A DNA stretch of 64,000 nt from an uncultured bacterium (GTDB taxonomy: Bacteria > Chloroflexota > UBA5177 > JANWHV01), in the NCBI GenBank assembly GCA_963827235.1, contig CAWHAE010000016.1, positions 1,088,001-1,152,000 of the forward strand. The letters run 5' to 3'. This document shows, one piece after another, positions 62,149 through 64,000 of the stretch. A program made the translations under genes and the position numbers. The first letter of the stretch is position 1; the number at the start of each line of letters is the position of its first letter. The notes below the pieces were generated by a model. It saw only the letters and a program-made list of their open reading frames with translations, searched no databases and was not told the DNA's origin.

Positions 62149-62612
62149 GTGAATGCACCCCGTCGGGGGAGAGGGCTCATCCGCATTTCCGACACCGATA
62201 GCCACGTCTCGGCAATCAATTCCGCAGTGGTCGTGGCTACTGGCCCATTGGCGCGCAGCTCCAGCCTGACCAGTGACACCGTGCGAGCCTTGCGCCCGCG
62301 GCTTGATCGCGGCCGCCCGCAGACGCGCTCCGGGAAGAAGAACATACTGGTCACAGTCCTCATGACCGAGCTCTGTATTACCATGCAGGCATATGCTTTC
62401 GCGGTATGTCATGCGCACCGTCTAGCATCGTACGGACTGACATGCTAGGGTTGAGTCTGGTGGCCGTGCCGCCGCACCGATTCCGCCCGCAGGCCAGCGG
62501 GAGACATTCACCGGTGCGATCGGCGACGCAAGATGCGCCCGAGCGTAGGGCAGTGAGGCGCTGATCGGGCGCGCGGGAGAGATCCAGGACCACGATCTCC
62601 TCTGGAGGGGGA

Positions 62613-63125
62613 GTGATGACAGCCGAGGCGCCCGTTGGCTCGCTGGCCATCCTGCAAGTCGCCATCGTCGTCAAGGACCTGCGCAAGACGATGGAGCTGT
62701 ACCACCGGACGCTCGGCTGGGGGCCGTGGCACGTCCACGAGTACTTGGGGCCGCCGGCGCTGCACGACACCGTCATTCGTGGCGTGCCGACCCCGTTCAC
62801 GGTGCACCTAGCCAGCACGCGGGTCGGGCCGATCGACGTCGAATTGCTGCAACCGGTCGACGGCCCGAGCATCTTTCAGGAGTGGCTCGATCGCCATGGC
62901 GAAGGCATCCATCACATCGCGGGTCGGAAGGTGGGCAGCGATGCCACCGCGCTGCACACCGAGTTTGCCGAGCTTGGCGTGCCCGACCTCCTCACCGGAG
63001 GCATCGGCCAGCACTCCCGCTTCTTCTTTCTCGATTCGGAGTTCCTGCTCGCGTTCATTCTCGAGTCAGGAAGCGGCGCTGGGAGCGATGTGCCGCCCAC
63101 CTACATCTATCCTGCGCCGGAGTAA
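62613..63125 (+). CDS. VOC family protein (methylmalonyl-CoA epimerase/glyoxalase-like)
   Basis: QVAIVVKDL, LGWGPW, VELLQPVDGPSIFQEWLDRHGEGIHHIA. Confidence 0.9.
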   Translation: MMTAEAPVGSLAILQVAIVVKDLRKTMELYHRTLGWGPWHVHEYLGPPALHDTVIRGVPTPFTVHLASTRVGPIDVELLQPVDGPSIFQEWLDRHGEGIHHIAGRKVGSDATALHTEFAELGVPDLLTGGIGQHSRFFFLDSEFLLAFILESGSGAGSDVPPTYIYPAPE

Positions 63126-63251
63126 GTCGTTGGCACCCTAGTGGATCGTCGTTGCCGGCCATCGGGACCGCCATGCCACGACGATACACAGCGCGTCGTG
63201 TGACATCGGCCCGGGTTGGTGCCTCTTCTCTCTCGCCAACCCTCCCTCGGC

Positions 63252-63920
63252 TCAGCGCGCACCTCCCGCGACGGCAACCGCGCATCCTGTCTCCGCCGAT
63301 CGCAGTGCCGCCTCGATGACCGCCTGAGCCTTCACGCCGTCCGCGAAGCTGGGCACGGCCGGGCGGTCCTCCACTATGGCATCGACGAAGGCGCGCGCGC
63401 CGATCGACTGCGTCCGCAAGCGGTGCATGAATTGCTCGTACGGCGATTGCCCGTCGTCCGCCGAGCCGGCGATTCGCTCGGGGATAGGGAGTGGTCCGAT
63501 CTGGGGCTCGTCACTGCGGCCACCACGCAACTCCGCGCCGCGGCTGACGTTGAGATCTGCCTCCAGCGTGCCCTGTACGCCGTGTAGGACCACCTGCTGC
63601 TGCATCGCCCGATCCCCGAGGTGCGCCACGCTGCTGACCTGGATCGTCCCCTGGGCGCCGCCAACGAATCGCAGCGCCAGCATGGCCGCATTATTCGCCG
63701 GGTCGAGCACCCCCCCATCCGGCCCCGCGCGTGGGACAAAGGTGTCCAGCAGCGCGCTCACCGAAGCGATGTCGCCGACGCGCCAGTGCGCGAGGTCGGC
63801 CATATGCGACCCTGAGTCACCGAGATTGCCGTTCGCGCGCCGCCGATCGAAGCGCCACAGATACTCGCCGCCTCGGAAGAAGCCATATCCGATGGTGAAG
63901 CACCCGACTGCGGTTGTCAC
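63252..63920 (-). pseudogene. Gfo/Idh/MocA oxidoreductase, C-terminal half only
   Basis: WRFD...NGNLGDSGSHMADLAHW and PSFADG..AQ.VIEA. An in-frame TGA lies upstream inside the window and the NAD-binding domain is not present. Confidence 0.7.
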
Positions 63921-64000
63921 TTGGAGGCAATTGCGCCCGTGGCGTGCTCTTCAGAGTTCACTTTCGCACCCTGCGCGTGTAGCTGATCACCGCGATCACT

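Noticed and set aside
62149-62448. 99-aa ORF between hydrolase and VOC gene
   Set aside because: No RBS or recognisable motif. Could be a remnant but is unsupported.

Overview
High-GC bacterial DNA. The gene style (Tat-exported sugar-binding proteins, ISAzo13 and IS5 elements, Deinococcus/Chloroflexi-type integrase) suggests a soil Chloroflexota-like organism; this is an inference. 1-21 kb is a carbohydrate-utilisation island: a partial GH2, four full-length divergent GH36-like (melibiase-fold) glycosidases arranged as two divergent pairs, a fifth GH36 remnant, two sets of CUT1 sugar ABC permeases, a Tat-type solute-binding protein (SBP), and a recurring heptad-repeat operator-like motif. 21-30 kb holds a frameshifted GNAT, an APH-like kinase, DapA-like and Ldh_2 enzymes, a D-2-hydroxyacid dehydrogenase and an orphan P450. 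30-39.5 kb is an AraC(YqhC-like)/aldo-keto reductase stress cluster with a second, inactivated AraC paralog. 39.5-52 kb is a decaying mosaic: a DGPF/ECF42 pair with a broken sigma factor, an Ig-like secreted protein, an orphan histidine kinase, ISAzo13, a TAP-like hydrolase and IS5. 52-60 kb is a LacI-controlled sugar ABC + GH142/MGH1-like + beta-propeller glycosidase operon. 60-64 kb holds an integrase pseudogene and further fragments. I saw no rRNA, tRNA or CRISPR array. The best candidates for new biology are the GH36-like island with its shared operator and the uncharacterised secreted protein inside it. I did not find a clearly novel system beyond these.
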